Assembly (NCBI RefSeq): GCF_006345805.1
Contig: NC_043001.1
Coordinates: 77,500,001-77,564,000, forward strand
Direction of reading: 5' to 3'
Length of the DNA: 64,000 bases
Origin: Octopus sinensis
Lineage: Eukaryota
Positions 25,751 through 39,578 of this stretch are shown piece by piece. The notes beneath the pieces were generated by a model, which was given only the letters and a program-made list of their open reading frames with translations, ran no database searches and was not told the DNA's origin. The translations under genes were made by a program, and so were the position numbers. Each line of letters starts with the position of its first letter. Position 1 is the first letter of the stretch.

Positions 25751-26201
25751 CTTACATTGACGATATATTAACAGTTTATGTATTTATTCATTTATTTATA
25801 TTTATTTTTGTTGCGTTCTTGCCTTTATTCTTCTTGTGATGTTTTCGGTACTTTTGTTATAGAATATATCTTCTATTTATTATTCATCACGCATGTGCGT
25901 GTGTCATACTTGTCTAATTGTGTAATAATTCAATTATCCACTCACTATGTCGTCGTCCTAATAGCAAAACCATCTGAATTCACTCATACGACCACACATA
26001 CAGACACGCAGGCACACACACACACACGCGCGCGCGCGCGCATATTCACATAGACTCATGCACACAGAAATTCATAAATGTATGTCTGAACGCAATATAG
26101 ATGTATATTGGTACGCACATGCGGGCTTATGCATATATATGGCATATATGTATGTGTGTGCATACGTCTGTATATACACGCTATATCCAATATATATATA
26201 A

Positions 26202-26256
<55 letters not shown>

Positions 26257-26404
26257 GTATATTAAGTATGTAGTATGCTTAGGGTAAATTATATACATAA
26301 CATTATATCCATTGTATATTATACACAAACATATGCATACAGCATAGATATAACATAAAATATACAAACACACATACAATATATATATATATATATTATA
26401 TTAT

Positions 26405-26449
<45 letters not shown>

Positions 26450-26633
26450 TTTATTATTATTACTTGTTGACAGTCATTTGACTGTTGGCATGCAGGAACA
26501 CTGCCTATAGTCGAAGAAATCAACCTCATGACTTATTCATCATAAGCCTAGTAGTTTTCTATCGGTCACATAAGCATCCCAGCATCGGTTGTCAAAAGAT
26601 GGGGGATGGACAAAAGCACACACAACTAATTAT

Positions 26634-26693
<60 letters not shown>

Positions 26694-26853
26694 CGACGGG
26701 CTTCTTTAGTTTCTGTCTACCAAATCTACTCACAAGGCTTTGGTTTGCCCGACGTTAAAGTAGAAGATACTTGCCCAAGGTGCTACGCAGTGGGACTGAA
26801 CCCGGATCCATGTGGCTGGGAAGGAAGCTACTTACGACACAGCCACTCCTGCG

Positions 26854-26855
<2 letters not shown>
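26450..26855 (-). mobile_element. SINE family A
   Basis: Reverse complement of family A with internal (TA)n. Confidence 0.75.
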
Positions 26856-26892
<37 letters not shown>

Positions 26893-27289
26893 ACATATAC
26901 ATATGTACATATATATTTATATGATACATATATATATATGCATATATATATTCATACATACATATACATACATATATATATATATATCCCCCTCCCTCTC
27001 TCTCTCACACTCTTCCCTTCTCCCTCTTATCTCCTCCCTCATCTCCTTCCCCCTCTCCCCCTCTCCTCCCTCCTCCTCCACTCTCCCCCTCATCTCCTCT
27101 CTCTACACTACACCATACGACATTACACATCACATCATACATACATACACATGTCTAGACCTTTCATACGCACTCATGCACACACGCACCCTTATGTTGG
27201 GGCGAAGTCATTAATCCTGTTATCTCCCCTATTTTCGCTCTTGCGTCTCACGTTTGATCTCTGACTTCTGGCCCGAATCAGATCGCGCA

Positions 27290-27490
27290 TGTTGAATCGC
27301 TAGCTTTCTGCACGCATTTTTCTCTCCTGTTTCTCTCCTTGTTTCTTTTCTGTGTATCTTTCTGTTGAAGAGCGTACGCTCGAAACGTAAAGACTTGTTT
27401 TATTTATATTCCTGAGCGCCCATACAATACAATTGTTTGTTGTACTCTCACCTGCCTTCGTCTTTTGTTTATTTCATAAAGCTTCCCGTT
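27290..27490 (+). mobile_element. Penelope pLTR-like repeat, family 3, with hammerhead-like motif at 27357-27393
   Basis: TCTTT-CTGTTGA-A-GAGC-GTAC-GCTC-GAA-ACGT-A-AAGA; partial inverted copy at 27570-27620. Confidence 0.65.
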
Positions 27491-27898
27491 ATATATATAT
27501 ATATATATATATATCACTATATATATTAGTATTATATATAAATATATATATTGATATGCGGGTGTGTTAAACACGGAGAGAAACAAGGAAAGAAAAAAAT
27601 GCGTGCAGAAGATAGCTTATATAAACAGAAAGATAGCTAGCCTGAAAGCAGATGAAAACCAACTGATTGCCAAAAAGAGATATTTGACTAAAACAAAAGA
27701 AAAACAAAGAAACAAACGAAAAACAAGAAAAAATATACAAAATGAACATTGACACACGCCTACAAAAGGACTTAGCATATACATTTTATGAGAATAATTA
27801 ATTAATTATACATACATACACACACACAAACACGCACATACACACACATACACACACGCACACATGTATATGTCTGTCTGTCTCTGTCTGCCTGTATG

Positions 27899-27950
<52 letters not shown>

Positions 27951-28054
27951 ATATAAGTATAAAATCTATATAAGAATTTGTTAAGTAGTGAGCGTGAAAA
28001 AACCTTTAGGGAAAAATTAATACAAATTAGGATACTACATACATACATACATAT

Positions 28055-28109
<55 letters not shown>

Positions 28110-28124
28110 GTATGTGTGTATATA

Positions 28125-28189
<65 letters not shown>

Positions 28190-28544
28190 CATACATACAG
28201 AAAGAGAAAGAGAGACAGAGACAGACAGTGGCAATAGATTTATTGAATTTAATTAAATCGGTTTGCCAATGTATGTCGAAACTATGCATAGTCCAAAGAT
28301 GAAGAGGGTAAATGTTTTTATTTTCCTTTGGTTTCTGAATTACAGGTATTTAGCGGTTTGAGATTAGCTGCTCTTTCTAGTGGGTCGAATGGCCTATCAA
28401 GGCCATTCCTTAATATTGTTGAATGTATAATATATAGTCTGTTGACTATTTTTTCTTTCTCACTGGACCGCTGGTGGCGAAAAATTTCTCTTGAATTTTT
28501 TGCTACCCTGATATTGATATATATATATATATACATATATTAGA

Positions 28545-28726
28545 GTCACCATGATAGATCGTTAGCCATAACACATTTTTTTCTCTCCTTGTTTTTTCTG
28601 TCTCCTTTCTGTAGAGAGCGTAGGCTCGAAACGTAAAAGACTTTTTCATTTCCCGAGCGTTATACGAATACGTCCTATTGTATTGTACACCACCTGTTTT
28701 CGTCTTTTGGGTTTTTCGTAAACTCT

Positions 28727-28728
<2 letters not shown>
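28545..28728 (+). mobile_element. Penelope pLTR-like repeat, family 3
   Basis: Colinear with the other family 3 copies; ends at (TA)n. Confidence 0.7.
28604..28640 (+). ncRNA. Minimal type I hammerhead-like motif, A6U variant (best family 3 copy)
   Basis: CCTTT-CTGTAGA-GAGC-GTAG-GCTC-GAA-ACGT-A|AAAGA; predicted cut after 28635. Confidence 0.55.
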
Positions 28729-28768
<40 letters not shown>

Positions 28769-28942
28769 TATATATATATATATATATATTATATATATTT
28801 ATATTTGTAAAAACGGTAGGATAACAAAAGAAAGAAAGAGACCTCAATATTATGTAGAGGAAATTAGAAGAGATGGTGTTGTGGATTTCCACTTCGGCAT
28901 CTGAACTCAGAGTTTTATCTTGAGTATTGAGTAATTGTACAT

Positions 28943-28984
<42 letters not shown>

Positions 28985-28985
<1 letters not shown>

Positions 28986-29177
28986 TAAGCGAGCAGGCCA
29001 ACAGAAGAAAGAGTGAGAGAAGTTGTGGCGAAAGAGTACAGCAGGATCGCCACCACCCCCTGCCGGAGGGTCGTGGAGCTTTAGGGTTTTCGCTCAATAA
29101 ACACTCACAACGTTCTGTATGGGAATCGAAACCGCGATCCTACGACCGCGAGTCCGCCGCGGTAACACAGGGCCATA
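28985..29177 (-). mobile_element. tRNA-derived SINE family C (3'-truncated)
   Basis: Minus strand GGCCCTGTGTTACCGCGGCGGACTCGCGGTCGTAGGATCGCGGTTTCGATTCCC tRNA-like head. Confidence 0.75.
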
Positions 29178-29267
29178 GTATGTATGTATGTATATATATA
29201 TATATATATTATATATATATATATATATGTATGTATATATACAACACACACATATATATAGATACAT

Positions 29268-29532
29268 ATGGCCCTGTGGTTACCGCGGCGGACTCGCGGT
29301 TTCGATTCCCATACCGAGCGTTGTGAGTGTTTATTGAGCGAAAACACCTAAAGCTCCACGAACCTCCGGCAGGGGGTGGTGGCGATCCCTGCTGTACTCT
29401 TTCCCACAACTTTCTCTCACTCTTTCTTCTGTTGGCCTGCTCGCTTAGCCAGTGGGATGGCGTCATTTGAAAGCTAAAACAATGCGAAGCGCATTGTGAC
29501 CAGCGATGTGTAGCAACATCTGATAGCCTGGT
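29268..29532 (+). mobile_element. tRNA-derived SINE family C
   Basis: Same head with a 14-nt deletion; body near-identical to the inverted neighbour; tail GTGACCAGCGATGTGTAGCAACATCTGATAGCCTGG. Confidence 0.75.
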
Positions 29533-31249
29533 GTTAGAAAAAAAACATATAATATATACATATATATATACATATATATATATATATATGTATGTTATAT
29601 ATATTATTCAACCTCGGTAGTGGTTGAATATATTCTTAAGTCCACCATGTCGTCAATCGCAGCAGCTTCCAAGCTTCACCACTAATTCACTTCTCAACTA
29701 AATTGCAAACTGTTAATAGTTTTAAAGAGGACACCTTCTCAGCTACACTTTGGCATAAATAGTTTGAGATTTGGTTTCGTAGAAAAAAACAGTTACAACA
29801 AAATATCTTCCACCTCGAGGGGGGCTGTATGGCAGATATTCATCTTCAATTAACATAAATTCTTTAATTCTAAATTTAAAGTATACCTTTCCTAGGCTTA
29901 AATGATAGAAAAATACATGAATAATTCAGAATCGTTAGTCACATTGAACAAAAAATTAGTAGAAAGAGAGTTATGAGGTAAAATGTTACGAAATTTCCAG
30001 TCAGTAAGCAAGGCAGTAAGGGATTAACGCTTAAGCAATAAGAATAAAAAATATATTTCTAAAATGAATGATTACTCTCTAAGGCAGTGACCTGGCAGGA
30101 AGGTTGACGCGCCGGGCGAACTGCTTCACGGTATTTTTTCTTTTTTAAGTTCAAATTTCGCCGAGGTGGACTTTGACGTACAGATTATTTAATTATTTTT
30201 TTAAAACTAAACACTTTCAAATTCCGATACCGGTAGAATATGTCACATAGAACAGGGTGTATTCTTAACGTTTTTGACAATATTTTGTATTTTAGAAGTT
30301 ATTTCATCAGAAGTTACTGCGTGACAATGGACAAATTCATGTTTGATAAGTTCTAATACACGAAACTCTCAGCTTTTGAATTACTCTCTAACTTCTGCCG
30401 ATGATATATATACATATTACATATATGTGTAAAAAATCTCATCACGCAATCGAACCAATGAAAGAGCCTCTAACTGGTCACTCGAGACGCTAAAAATAGC
30501 AGCCAAAGTATCCCTACCTAAATCACATACCTATTGTACATAATTTCCTAGATTATCCCTAAAAAGACGGTTTGCCGAAGACGGGAATGTCTTTGATGAT
30601 AGGTTTGCAGTATCAGGGCTGGTTTGAGGCGAAATAACAACATTATGGTCAATTTCTATATCAACATCCGCATGATTTTCACTAAGAAAGAAAAATTTGC
30701 GCGGAATCAAGTACCCGACCTCCTAATATGCTGCAAATCCCTAATTTTGTTTCGGAAAAAATGAGGTGGGGGGTTCCCCCCAATCCCGGAATCATTGGAA
30801 TTTTTTTTCGTTGAATGAATTCCTGTTACCTCCTAATATTGCAAAATTAGGTTACTTAAGCTGAGATTGGTAACTGATGGTATTGGGGTCTTCTTTGCAA
30901 CTTTTGGTGAGCGGGGGTACCTTGGGCAAGTGTCTTCTACTATAGCCTCAGGCCGACCAACACCTGTGAGTGGTAAAAATCCCTGCCATTAATTTGGTGT
31001 ACATGGGTGATATCAAATAATTCAATCACAACATATATTTAAATTAAACACCAAAAAATTGAAATATTATCATCACCTACATAGCAAAATTTAAATATTA
31101 TATTTCATTACTTTATAAGGTAAAATCTTAAATTATTAATTGACACATTATTATTTATCTTATAACAGCAATGCCTGGAAACATCTTGGATTACATGGGA
31201 AAACGTGAGCATGAAAAGATTATAAACCTGCAAAAGTACAGGACAAGGT

Positions 31250-31720
31250 ATTACACCTAGTAAAGTAAAGAATACTTATGAAACGTATTTCTGCTTCTTG
31301 CAAGACATTTGGACTCAGCATTAGCCTGGACTAGACTGTTGTAATGTTCCAGCCTACACCAGGAAACCTATATGTGGAAGCAACTATCTTGGTTGAAGGA
31401 ACAATAGTGAAAGTGGTAGACATGTTTCTCAACCTGGGTAGCACACTCAACCGTTCTTGTTCCTTGGCTAATGAAATATATTTCAAACTGCAGAAAGCAA
31501 CTGATTCCTTCCGGTTTCTTCAGTCTCGTGACTGGTCCCAGTATGGCACCACAGGTCAAGCTAAAATTGCTGTGTACTGTGAATGCGTTCTGACATCGTT
31601 CTTTTACTCATCTGAGGCGCAGAACCTTTACAAACGTTATGTAAAGGTCCTTAAACGCTTCCACGAGAGATACCTGGGACACATTCCGAATGTTGCTTGG
31701 ACCTTAAAAAGATCTCAAAT
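31250..31720 (+). mobile_element. RTE-clade LINE relic (post-RT region)
   Basis: FLNLGSTL, KATDSFRFLQSRDW, KIAVY...LTSFFYSSEAQNLYKRYVKVLKRFHERYLGHI resemble the RTE-BovB 3' ORF. Confidence 0.75.
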
Positions 31721-33283
31721 TTTATTTGATTTGCTTTTCGCAGGAAGGAAAGTTTCTATCGAAGATACGTCTCGCCTTCACCTTCGAAACGTAGAGTAGA
31801 TGAAACCATGGCGACTGAAGAAAGGGTTTTTTCCTTGTGTTATCTGTCCTGTACTCTATTTTTGTTGTTGTTTAAGAAAAATGTCCAGTTCCTTGGGTTT
31901 AGTCTATGTTTTCGTTTCTCATTGTGTTCGATGATTTTTTTGTGTCCTGTACTCATATATGCGTGTATATATACATGTAGGGGTAGGTACGTACATATAT
32001 GTATATATATATGCATATGTTTTATTTATTAATGTATATATATATATATATATAATATATATATATATATGTATATATATGCATATAGAGAGATGTATGT
32101 CTATCCTTCTCTCTCTCTCCACATAATTTTTAAGTAGATAATTATACACGCACATACATATATGCATATGTATTTATATAAGTGTGTAGGTGTGCATGTA
32201 TACATTTCTTTTGTACCTTTCTTTATTTAAAGAGATACATATTTATTATTCATATACATACCGCCATGTTAGTGCTTATATTATTATTCATATTCTTGTG
32301 GGAATTTCTTTATATATTCCCTCCACTATTGACGTATAAATCTTAGTTCTCATACATATTCTTATGTATATGTCTGTGGTCTATCATTTGGTTTTAAGTA
32401 TCATATATACATTAGAATATTTACACTCAAGTAGGCGTTTATGTTTCCAGATGGGAATTGACAAACGTTTTGCTTTAATACATTGTTTACACGTATGTAT
32501 GTATGTATGTATGTATGTATGTATGTATGTATGTATGTATGTATGTATGTATGAGTGTATGTATCAGTGTATGTATGTATGCATGTATGTATGTACGTAT
32601 GTATTGCATGTATGTATGTATATATGTATGTATGTGTAAATATGTGTATGTACGTGAATGTATATGTGTGTATATATATATATGTGTGTGAATGAATGTA
32701 TGGGCGTGCGTATGCATGTATATATGCATACATTCTCTCACATACATTTCCGTATTAGCGGTATGTATACAAACATACGCACACATACACACACAGACAC
32801 ACACACACCACAACCTACACACAAACGCACTCACAGCATGCATACATACACATGCGCATTTACTCACTCAGGTAAAAATAGAAGCGTGTTGATATCTTAG
32901 ATTCAGTTACTAAATATATCTATTAGCGTATATGTTTGCAGATATATCACACACAATCACACGCACATACCCCCCGGGCAATCACACTCATGCATATACA
33001 CACACGCGCATGAATATACGCATTGAGACATATTTATTTATACATAGATTTTGTATACAAAAATAAATATTCTCATCTACATATACATAACTTTATAGTC
33101 ATCTATGCATCATTCTTTATGTACCGTAATTTCCCATAGTCGCAATGTTATATATACACATGTATTTTTTGTGCAGTTCTTTGTTACGTCCTTTTTTGTG
33201 TTACATTTTTTTCTTGCTCGTTTTACCCCTCTACGAGGTTATTTTATTTTAATTCTCTCGTAGGAAGGCCTAGCATGACCAGA

Positions 33284-33321
<38 letters not shown>

Positions 33322-33394
33322 CCGGGATTTTTCAGCACGATGTGCAACTGAACCCGAACACTGTTGGAAGAAAGCGTGTTACCACATCACCACG

Positions 33395-33621
33395 CAGTGG
33401 CCGATCTACTATAAAACTAATGAAGCTTAAACTTCAGGGCGCCTAATACATTGATCAACTTAACTTTTTTATTCTGTCAATATTATTCTCTTTCAATTTT
33501 GCCATGTAAACAGGGCCGATAAAGCGAAATAGACTGAGAAAAAAAGGATTGTGCCAATGAAACGACAGAAAAAAAGGAAAAAAAAGTGTGTATGTATGTA
33601 TATGCGTTTGTGTGTGTGAAT

Positions 33622-33671
<50 letters not shown>

Positions 33672-33683
33672 ACACACACACAC

Positions 33684-33726
<43 letters not shown>

Positions 33727-36041
33727 GTAAAAGGAAATAAGTTTTATTCTCCCTAGTTTAAGTACCGTCTCCATGAGCAGTAGGTGCCGGGGAAATAACA
33801 AATAAAAGTAAATAACATGTATGTATGTATGTATGTTTGCATGTATGTATGTATATGTGTGTATGTATGTATGTATGCGTGTATGTATGCATATGTATGA
33901 ATGTATATAGAGAAATAGACTGAAAAATAAGTTTTATTGTCTAGTTGAATTCCGGTTTCCGATGTGGCTACCCAAAGTTGACCTCAAACTGACCGTTTTA
34001 AGACAAAGGGCACACACACGCTTACACACACACACACACAGACGCAGACACACACAGACACAGACACACACACAAACACACAAACACAAATACACATATA
34101 TATATTAGCACTGCTAAGCTTTATTATTTTAGTAAGTATTCCTAATCTTCCTAACAGGTAAATACAATATATGTCCCAAAATTTTTGATTTTTGTTTTAA
34201 TTATAAAATTACATCTCTCAACAGCTAAAGCACTTTTTTTTTGCTTTAAAGTTATTGCATATTTGTTGAAATGTTATTTTTGTAGATCTAACCATTTTCT
34301 TCAGGCAAAATGAGTAATTTCTGATTTCTCATTATTTTTTTCCTTACTAGATTCTGAAACATTTTCAACTCTTATTTAAAACAAAAAATCCCTCTTTTCT
34401 CTCCTTTATTGTATTTTCATTATGAAAATTTGCATGTGTGTAAATCGAAATAAGAATTTTGAAAAGATGAACATTTTCAGTCATTTAATATGTATGAAAG
34501 GGACATTTTTTTATTAAAGAAATGCATAATGGGATAAAAGAAAATCACCTGTTTTCCTTTTGTGTACCATATAACCACAGTTTGTGACCGAAGCACCTTG
34601 TTTAAAGTAAAACTAAATTTGAAGGGAATTATATCAGGTAAAGTAGAAATGAATATATTATGTCATGCATGAAAAATTCTTACAGCTTGCCAAAACTACG
34701 GAAATAACTGGAAACAGGGCTTGGCGGAGGTAAAGGACATGGACCGCACCCCTTTTGGGTTTTTTCGGGGGGGAGGGGCAATTCTACAGAAACCCAATTT
34801 TTCGACTGCAGAATTCCGAATCCGCATAAAAAAAATTGGCATTTCAAAATTTTAATTCAGCCAACCCCTACACTAACACCAAATTTTTCACTTTTTTAGA
34901 ATTATTTTTGCGAAACACGTAGAGAAATACGAAGATCATGATGCTGAAAAATTTTTTTGTAAAATTTCAATTTTCTAAAAATAAATAAATAAAACACCCT
35001 TCCCTCCACCAGCGCATCTATGACAGAAAGTGAACATGTTGCGGATTAGGGCCTTTTGGAATTAAGAGAAGTAAGTAAAAAATTAGTTTTTTTTGCACAC
35101 ATACACATAAAAACAGGAAAACAAAACGACATTCTTTTTAATTTTTACTTCTTTTGTAATATTTAGAAGTGGATCTTCGGTTTGGCTGTTGTTTCTAGCT
35201 TGTCGGACTTTCCGGTTGGAGCGTACCTAAAAATTGAAGACTTTGAAAATCCAAAGAAACACGTTTTCAAAATTTTCATTTCCCCCCTCTCCCCCCTCTA
35301 GCAAAGAAAAAAGGGAGGTAGGGAAATAAAAAAATTGAAAACCTGATTCGTCGTTTAGCTGCTGTTTCTAGCATGCCGAGTGTTCTGTTTAGTTACCTTT
35401 TATGTCTGCTATTTTTGTAGGAGGGGAGGGTTGTTTATTTATTTATATTTTCTCCGTATTTTTCTACGTATTTCGCCAAAACTGTTTCTAAAAAACGTGA
35501 AAATATTGGTAGGGAAATTAAAATTTTGAAATGCCGATTTTTTTCAGATTCGGAATCGCCGCAGTCGAAAAAGTGGGTTTCTGTAGAAAAAGCATCCCCA
35601 CAAAACCCAAAAGAGGTGCGGTCTATGTGCTTTAACTCCGCCCAGGGCTTAAAGAACGCCATATAAACCCCTCATAACATTATATATACTTATTGGAATT
35701 TCTGGACAATTTTTGCAAATTTGTATTCTACACACGGGACTTCATATGATTATGCAAAAAACAAAGACAAAAATGAATAAATAAATTGCAGGGGTGGGTG
35801 ATTTAAGGTCTATTTACCTGTTATTTTAGCACACAAAGAAGGCTCACTGTCAAACTCATCTTTAAGGACTCCACATCACCACTTCACCATTTAGACTATC
35901 AGGACCTCAAGACTGGTGTTCCGTGCAAGGGCCTGAAAATTCTTTGACACTTGTTGGATGTTATCCTACTGTTGCTGGTTGTGTAGAGAGACAACATAAC
36001 ATTTTAAGCTTCAGGGCCCCAATATTGTAGATCCACCACTG
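33395..36041 (-). mobile_element. hAT transposon relic with nested insertions, inserted in a SINE A head
   Basis: TIRs CAGTGGCCGATCTAC / GTAGATCCACCACTG; 8-bp TSD TCACCACG / TTACCACG; decayed hAT dimerization-like motif (P..TA...LKLGRIK) at about 33730-33790. Confidence 0.6.
34715..35650. mobile_element. Foldback/MITE with about 140-bp TIRs nested in the hAT relic
   Basis: 34717-34856 inverted versus 35517-35648 (GACCGCACC...CTACAGAAACCC..TTTTCGACTGC..GGCATTTCAAAATTTTAATT). Confidence 0.75.
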
Positions 36042-36239
36042 TTACCACGCCTGAGTCTACATAAAAAAGATAATATTTTCAGTATTTTGTACACTCCTAG
36101 AACATTATCATCAGAACTTCCACTAAGCGGAAACACAATAGACCGCATGAGGCTTTTTTGAAAGAAAGAAAACTGCATCAATGCCAATTGTTAAATATTG
36201 CTGCTGTGATGACCAGCTGCCAGTGGTAATGTCTCATGT

Positions 36240-36830
36240 AAATATGAATGGCCATGGGATTGCACCCAGAAAGTTCTCCTCCGAAGCATAAATCCGGGCA
36301 AGATTGTTTATGGACGACCAGCAGTCACCCATGCATACCATATACCCTCTCCACGCCACTGATGTTATCTAAGGGAAATACGAAGGCCGATATAGTCTGG
36401 CAGCAGGGACATCGCAACTCATTTCTATAGCTGAGTGAACTGGAGTAACGTGAAATAAAGTGTTTCGCTCAAGAACATAACACACAACCCCGTTCAGTAA
36501 TCAAACCCACTATCTTATGATTGTGAACCCGCCGCTCAATTTACTGAGCCATGCGCTTTCACACACACGTACACACACAAGGATACCTTTCGGTCATGAA
36601 TGACCATGGGATTGCACCTCGAAAGTTACCCTCCGAGGCACAAGTCCGGGCAAGGTTGCTTATAGATGATCAGCAGTCGCTCATGCATACCAGGGAATGG
36701 CAAAGGCCGATACAGCTTGCCACTGGTGACGTCGCATTTGGGGCAACGTGAAATAAAGTGTCTTGCTCAAGAACGCAACACACAGTCCAGGAATCGAACT
36801 AACTACTTTATGAACCATGCGCCTTCGGAA
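36240..36830 (-). mobile_element. Two tandem copies of tRNA-derived SINE family D
   Basis: Each has minus-strand head GTGAA(A/)GGCGCATGG...GTTCGATT/GTTTGATT and GTTCTTGAGC(A/G)A(G/A)ACACTTTATTTCACGTT core. Confidence 0.7.
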
Positions 36831-36917
36831 GCCTACAATTCACCTTCATAATATATTTATTTTACTTCGATTATGTATCTTATTTCGTATTGATTGTGCA
36901 TTTATTTTACTTCGATA

Positions 36918-38850
36918 ACATCGGGTAACAATTTTTAAAAGAAATTTCTGGTGCATAAGATTTTTTTTACTGATTCTGTCTTTTTTGTGCTAATTTCAAA
37001 TCTGTAATCGGTTGGTATTTCTTTCCATTTTCTAGTTTTCTTGCAATTTGAAGATTAACTTTTTATACATTTATAGTTAAATTTGACATATTGAGATACA
37101 TATATCCTACTTACAAAGAATTGACAATTGTGTTTTTCAGACCTGAACATGGCTTTTTCAAGTAGACATAGATGTATGAATAATTATGATGGCTTCCATT
37201 ATGTATGTTAATGGCCCATTGTTTGTGAGATTGGATGATAAAGCTTAATCTGGGGTTCCCGTAGGTGATCAAGACAAAAAATGGGCTCCTCCTATTGTGT
37301 GTCATAACTGTGACAAAATGCTGATTGGGCGAAAGAAAAACGAAAGGAGCTGCTGTTTGGAGTTCCTATAGTTTGGCGAGACTCCAGGGACCACTCAAAT
37401 AACTGTTATTTTTGTATGGTCTACACAAAAGGCATCGGCAAGAAAATCAGGCGTAAAATATCTCATCCCAATATTCTTTCAGAAATCAGACCTACTTGGC
37501 CCTCTAAGACACTCCCGATTCCAGTTTTATTTGTGTTTACCTCTTCAGAAGACGAAACTAGCGAACAAAAGTACAAGAATGATAACAAAGGTCAATAAAT
37601 TGCTTCAGAATTCGAAGACCCTCTCGGGCTACCCAGAAATCAACTTCTCAACAGTTTAACCAAACAAAACTAAATGATTTAGTGCATAATTTAAGACTTT
37701 CCAAGACTGCAGCTGAAATTCTAGAATTCAAGATGCAAGAAAAACATTGCAAAATTTCTTGTTTTCAAAAATAAAACCAGAATTTTTGTTTCAAAACAAA
37801 AACGCTTTCTTTACTGCCACGATATTCCCAGTCTTCTCCAGGAATTAAAAATCCCCTCGTAAAGTTCCACTGGTTGGCAACTATTTCTGAATAGTTCTAA
37901 GCACAGCCTAAAGTCTGTTCTACACAATGGCAATGTTTATGGAGCTACCCCAGTTGGTCACTCAGTGCGTTTGCAAGAAGAATACAATGACATAAAAATG
38001 GTTATTGACTAACTAAAACATCATGAACACGACTGGACCATGTGTGATGTGCAGCTTCTCGGCCAATGGAAAGGTTTCACAAGGTATCATTGGTATCTCT
38101 TCATGTGGAACAGCTGAGAAACACTGTATTCATAAGAAGTGGCCCATTGGTGAGTCTCTGGAAGCAGGCATGCCAAGTATTGTGAATGATCCAATTATCA
38201 GCCGAAAAAAGATTTTTTTCCCACCACTGCATATAAAGTTGGGCTTCATGAAGCAATTCTCTAAGGCATTGAATACTGATGGTGAATGTTTTCAACATAT
38301 AGTCTCTGCATTTCCTGGTTTGCCATTCGAGATCAAAGCAGGTGGGATTGACGGACTCAGATTCGAGCCCTTGTATCAATCTGAGGTCCGTCAAACCTGA
38401 TGAAGGATTTATCGGAAAGATGAGTGATAAAGAAAGAGCAGCATGGCAGTCATTCGAAGTAGTCATAAAAAAGCAGATTACTATAAAATTCTTGTAAGTG
38501 ATTGAAAAGGTGAGCGCTTCCACGAAGATCTTAGGACCATGGAAGAGCGTTATCAAGGGCGATAGGACAAGTCACATGCTGGCAGATTACTCATGGAGCA
38601 TACAGCGAGATTGCCTTGAGGAAGTCAACAAACGCAGGAGATCTAAGCGCAAATTCTTACCTGATTAAGATCTATTTGTATTTTATCTTCAATCCTAATC
38701 AGTTTTTCAACTATATACTTCTATCGTTAGTATATAATAAACATTTCCAACTGAAAAGCAGATGGCGAAAAGAACTGGCACGTTAACATTTCTTTTACTC
38801 AGCATCGGAATAAGAACTATTATTTTAATAGCCTAACTTTTATTGCAGCG
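36918..38850 (+). mobile_element. Chapaev3-like (CMC) DNA transposon relic
   Basis: GDQDKKWAPPIVCHNC, FGVPIVWR..DHSNNCYFC, FPPLHIKLGFMKQFSKAL, MEERYQG motifs characteristic of these transposases; ends approximate. Confidence 0.7.
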
Positions 38851-38862
38851 GTCTAACCCATA

Positions 38863-39331
38863 TCTATACATATAAAGCTGAAATTGTCTGTGTGTGTGTG
38901 GTGTGTGTGTGTGTGTGTGACAGGTTTGGTAGCCTTCAACTAAGACTATCTCCTCCGAGACTCTGCGGCGCAAGCTGACTAAAATTGAGAGTATGATAGA
39001 AGAAGGTTTGCTCTTCATTCCGTAGAAGATAAAATCCAAATCGGACCATGTTAAGACCATAACAAATATCGACATCAAAAAGGTGCTTTTTTTTCAATGA
39101 AAATCCCTATTTTGTACGATTGTTTGACTGCTGTATCGCCATTTATCGGTGTATTTCAACCAGAAAAATGTTCACTTAAAGAGAATAACAAGCTACGTAA
39201 TACAAAATTTTTACTTTCAAAAAAGATTGAAACTATGTCAAAACTTTGTTAACGCGACATCAAAGTCTGCCGTTTTAAGCGCAACTAAAAAAAAAAAAAG
39301 AAACCCGAGAAACGCCGGACTATAGTGCTAG
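38863..39331 (+). mobile_element. Non-autonomous Helitron (469 bp)
   Basis: A|TCTATACATATAAAGCTG 5' end, internal (TG)n, 3' CCCGAGAAACGCCGG hairpin + CTAG|T; A/T insertion site. Confidence 0.75.
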
Positions 39332-39578
39332 TATATATATATATATATGAATAAAGTTAGAATTTCAAAGCATAGAAATATCTCCTTTTCCACCTATATT
39401 CGAAACTAGGAAATTATAAAATAAACATGAATTACAAAAACTCTAACGCTTACAGAGAAAAACTAATTTCATTGTTGAATTCAGCATATTCAAATCAGAT
39501 AATACCAATTGTTGGTAACGGTGCAACAAAAATTATGTTGGCCAATGAAATATATGTACTTCACCACTATTAAAAAAA

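Noticed and set aside
25063-25771. Long ORFs on both strands (218, 164 and 96 aa; poly-I, poly-M, poly-D)
   Set aside because: They are translations of a (GAT)n microsatellite, open in several frames simply because the repeat lacks stops
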